Positions 60,801-64,000 of a stretch of 64,000 nucleotides of DNA are shown piece after piece (the first letter of the stretch is position 1; each line of letters begins with the position of its first letter). Below the pieces are notes generated by a model, which saw nothing but the letters and a program-made list of their open reading frames with translations, searched no databases and was not told the origin of the DNA. A program made the position numbers and the translations under genes. The DNA comes from Adineta vaga (Eukaryota; Animalia; Rotifera), in assembly GCA_021613535.1 (NCBI GenBank), contig CP075492.1, positions 12,338,001 through 12,402,000 on the forward strand. The letters run 5' to 3'.

Positions 60801-63800
60801 ATAACGATTAATAATCAGAATCCTCACACCCAGCGAACATTATGGTACTCAGTGGTACAGGATAGTATACCAACATGTCATCTCTTTCAAGGTATTCTAG
60901 ATGTCTATTATCAAAAATATTTCAAGCAATCAACTCAATTAGTTAAAGAAAAAGATTTAAGTCAACTGATTACTCGTGTATTCTCATTTATTGATAATCT
61001 ATTAAATGGGAATACTACTTTACAAGAAATGGATTGTTTGAGAACAGTTTTCCATGAAAAAATGTCAATGTACGCAATGAAGTAGAGAAATTATTTACAA
61101 ATCGTTCAATGATAAAACCAATGAAAGAATCAGTTACAACAGACATATCAAATAATATAGATAATCATGAAATTGAACAAGTGTGTGAATGGTTACGAAC
61201 TTATCAATATTATAGTCATCTAAGTGATATAATTACTTGCATGCGTATGTACAAAATTGTTTCTAATACTGAAGAAAATGATCAATCGATTTATAATTTA
61301 TTACAAATGAATATCAAAGAAGATTGCACTTTGAAAGAAATTCCCGAAATCTACAAAGAACTTCATGAACGTTTTCGAAAATTAACGAATCATCATTTAC
61401 AATTAATTAAAATCGTTGTTGAACGTTCAAATGTTGTTGAATTAATGAAGAATGCAAATTTATATTCAACAAATGGATTACGACGATTTCAAGAATTACG
61501 AGATAATTTAACAACACAATTTCAATTACAAGAACGAAATAGTACCATTCTTAATTCTTGGATTATTACATATGCTTTATGCGAACCATTCGTACGTCAA
61601 GTCGATACTTTAGATGAATTTGTCGATAATATTGCTCGATTATCAAATATCGATGAAACATCTTTGGAACATATTAAAAGTAAGTTAACCATTTCTATCG
61701 CGATTGTAAATGTTAATATTTTATACTACAGTTATACGTTTGAGCAGAAGATATGAAAGCTTATGTTAAGTCTTCATAATAAGTAGACGTTTAATTTCAT
61801 TCTAGTTGTTAGCGATAATATACAAATTGTAACTATGTGGTTATCAGCAGAAAATATAACAATGTTAGATAATGCTCTTATTACCATGGAACATATATAT
61901 AAAACTGGTGTAGTACATATATCTCTTCGACGTTTATTGAACGAACAATCCGATCTAAGAATTCAATATTCAATAGAAAAAATATCCACAGAAATCGATG
62001 ATGTGGTCAACGACGACGACGACGACGACGATGATGATGATGATGATATGGTACAACAGGAACAACAGGAGATTCATAAAGTAATATTATCGATAGACGA
62101 TATCGATGATCATAAACGTCAATTGACATTCTGTAATGTTGATCTACAAGAAAATATGATTTTTCAAAAGATCTTATTAAATGAACAATTGCAATTATTT
62201 CAAATAATCGAAAAGATCTATTCAACTTTAATTGAACTTGAAATGAATGGTCATCCAGAGTTTCAATTAAAAGACAATTGTTATGAAATTTATGATCCAT
62301 ATGGTAAGATTTTTCATGTTAGTTTATGAACCAATGTGTATCTGTTTAGGTAAAGTGAAGCGAATCTTATTATGTGCAAAAAATCTTCGTATGAATAATC
62401 GACAACAACAACAAGATTTTGAAACTTTGATTAAAGATCGAACACATGATTTCGAATTAATCTCTCGCGATTTAAATACTAAACATGAAATGTGGATAAA
62501 AGATTTAGAAAGATATCGATATGAAAATCGATTATTGAAATTATTTTCTAATCGTCAAATCATGATTATGATTATTTTATTAACAACATCGACATTACAA
62601 GATTCTATACAACGAAAGTTTCTTAACAAATTATTCTTATTTAAATCGAACACTATCGACGAAATTCAACGACAATCTAACGTAACTATTTGTTGTTTAA
62701 TTCATTATTTACGATCGATTCGAATCAATGATTGTGATTTATCGATAGATAATATTACAATTTTATATCAAAAATATAAAATTGAACAAGGTACATCAGC
62801 CGATGTAAGTCTTAAGCATTTATGTGGATTTTTAAAAGAATTATTTAATAATGGAAAAGAATTGTTAATAAAAAATACAATAAATAATGAAAATCAACAG
62901 TTTTCAATCACGTTAAGTTCATCAGAATCAAGTTCGGATAAAAGAAAACTTGAAAATGATTTCAATATGGAAATCTATTGTATTCTTTTGGATATATTTA
63001 ATGATCGATTACCATCTGCCTATCAAATTCTTTGGTGTTCAATATCGACTGAAAATGATATTCGATTATTTTTTTCACGTATACGAACATTTCCTTCTCT
63101 TACATTCGCTATCATTGATATCGACAAAATGCATCATCGATTACGTGAATTATTATTAGATGAACAAAATTCTTTGACGAAAGAAACAAAATCTCATGGT
63201 TCTGTTTATTATTTCTCTAGAGAATTATTAACATCTAGAAAAGGTTTACAACCATTCATTATCCTACCGAAACACCGAAATTCAACGCATATGCATACAC
63301 AATTAATAACATCATTACGACGAAATAATATAGTATTACCACAAATTCAAATCATTGCTGGAGCAGCTGGAATTGGTAAGTTTTCTTTTTTGATAGGTGT
63401 GGGTTTGTCTTCATTACAGACCCACATCTTTCTTTCATTGTTCATATATTTCAGTTTCTCTATTTAGGAAAAACACATAAAATAAAAACGCAATACAAAA
63501 ATGAGAATATTCTATGTATTAGTATTAACGATAAAATCGATGTATCCTCTTTAATTCGATCATTGCTATTGTTTGAATCACAAACATCACATACTCAATT
63601 ATTCATCTATCTAAATATTTCGATTCATGCACCATTTGAACAATTGAATCGTATTCTTTTCTCTTTATTACTATGTAATTCATTACATGACGTTAGTACT
63701 GGTCTAACATTTTCTTTCTCAATGAATAAACAATGGAAATTTATTATTGAAGTACCATATACCGATAAATGCAATGTAAATATCAAAGAAAATTTTAATC

Positions 63801-64000
63801 ATATCCTTCCATTACTTTCAATTATCTCACCGAATACATTAGAAGAAATTACTAATCAAAATTATCATTTATATATTGGCGAAGAAGAAGAGTTTGTAGC
63901 AAGATTTCTTAAAGCTTATGAAAATCAAACTATTGATCAATTTTATCGAGAAACACGTTACGGTGATGGAGAACGGATAGAATTTGATCCCTTAACTGAT
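57843..64000 (+). CDS. RNF213/mysterin-like giant AAA+ ATPase, 5' part (continues past the window; start uncertain; two apparent frameshifts)
   Basis: LPSAYQILWCSISTENDIRLFFSR..FAIIDIDKM, then Walker A GAAGIG|KT (split by intron 63376-63467), IYLNIS, LFSLLLCNSLHD and FIIEVP. The order and pattern parallel the RNF213 pre-AAA1/AAA1 region. A long helical N-terminal stalk precedes it. Possible first exon at 57624. Frame breaks at ~58403 and ~61060. Confidence 0.8.
62011..62047 (+). repeat. (GAC)n(GAT)n trinucleotide repeat encoding poly-Asp
   Basis: Twelve consecutive Asp codons inside the RNF213-like coding exon. Confidence 0.9.

Overview
AT-rich eukaryotic (animal) genomic DNA with compact genes and mostly ~50-90 bp GT-AG introns. 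The style, together with bacterial/fungal-like genes set among metazoan genes, suggests a bdelloid rotifer; this is an inference, not verified. I reconstructed 15 protein-coding genes by hand: synapsin (partial), a Pro/Ser-rich orphan, a ricin-B lectin, an LRR-mucin-TM receptor, an RRM/coiled-coil protein, a coiled-coil + beta-propeller protein, an SLC22 transporter, synaptojanin with two alternative C-termini, an NHL-repeat protein, SPARC, an EF-hand protein, an intronless YukJ/DUF2278-like gene (HGT candidate), a TPR-like protein, a giant Notch-ligand-like protein and the 5' part of an RNF213-like AAA+ ATPase with an embedded GOLD-like domain. The Notch-ligand-like gene is the most unusual feature. 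It encodes a signal peptide, MNNL/C2, two DSL domains, ~65 EGF repeats, a C-type lectin, a repeated unknown stalk, a TM helix and a tail. Seven apparent frameshifts interrupt otherwise intact genes; six are single-base losses in short homopolymers, most likely assembly errors. One of them, in the YukJ-like gene, coincides with a correctly phased U_UUA_AAC slippery heptamer. No rRNA, tRNA, CRISPR array or recognisable transposon was seen. All family assignments come from motif recognition by eye, with no database searches.
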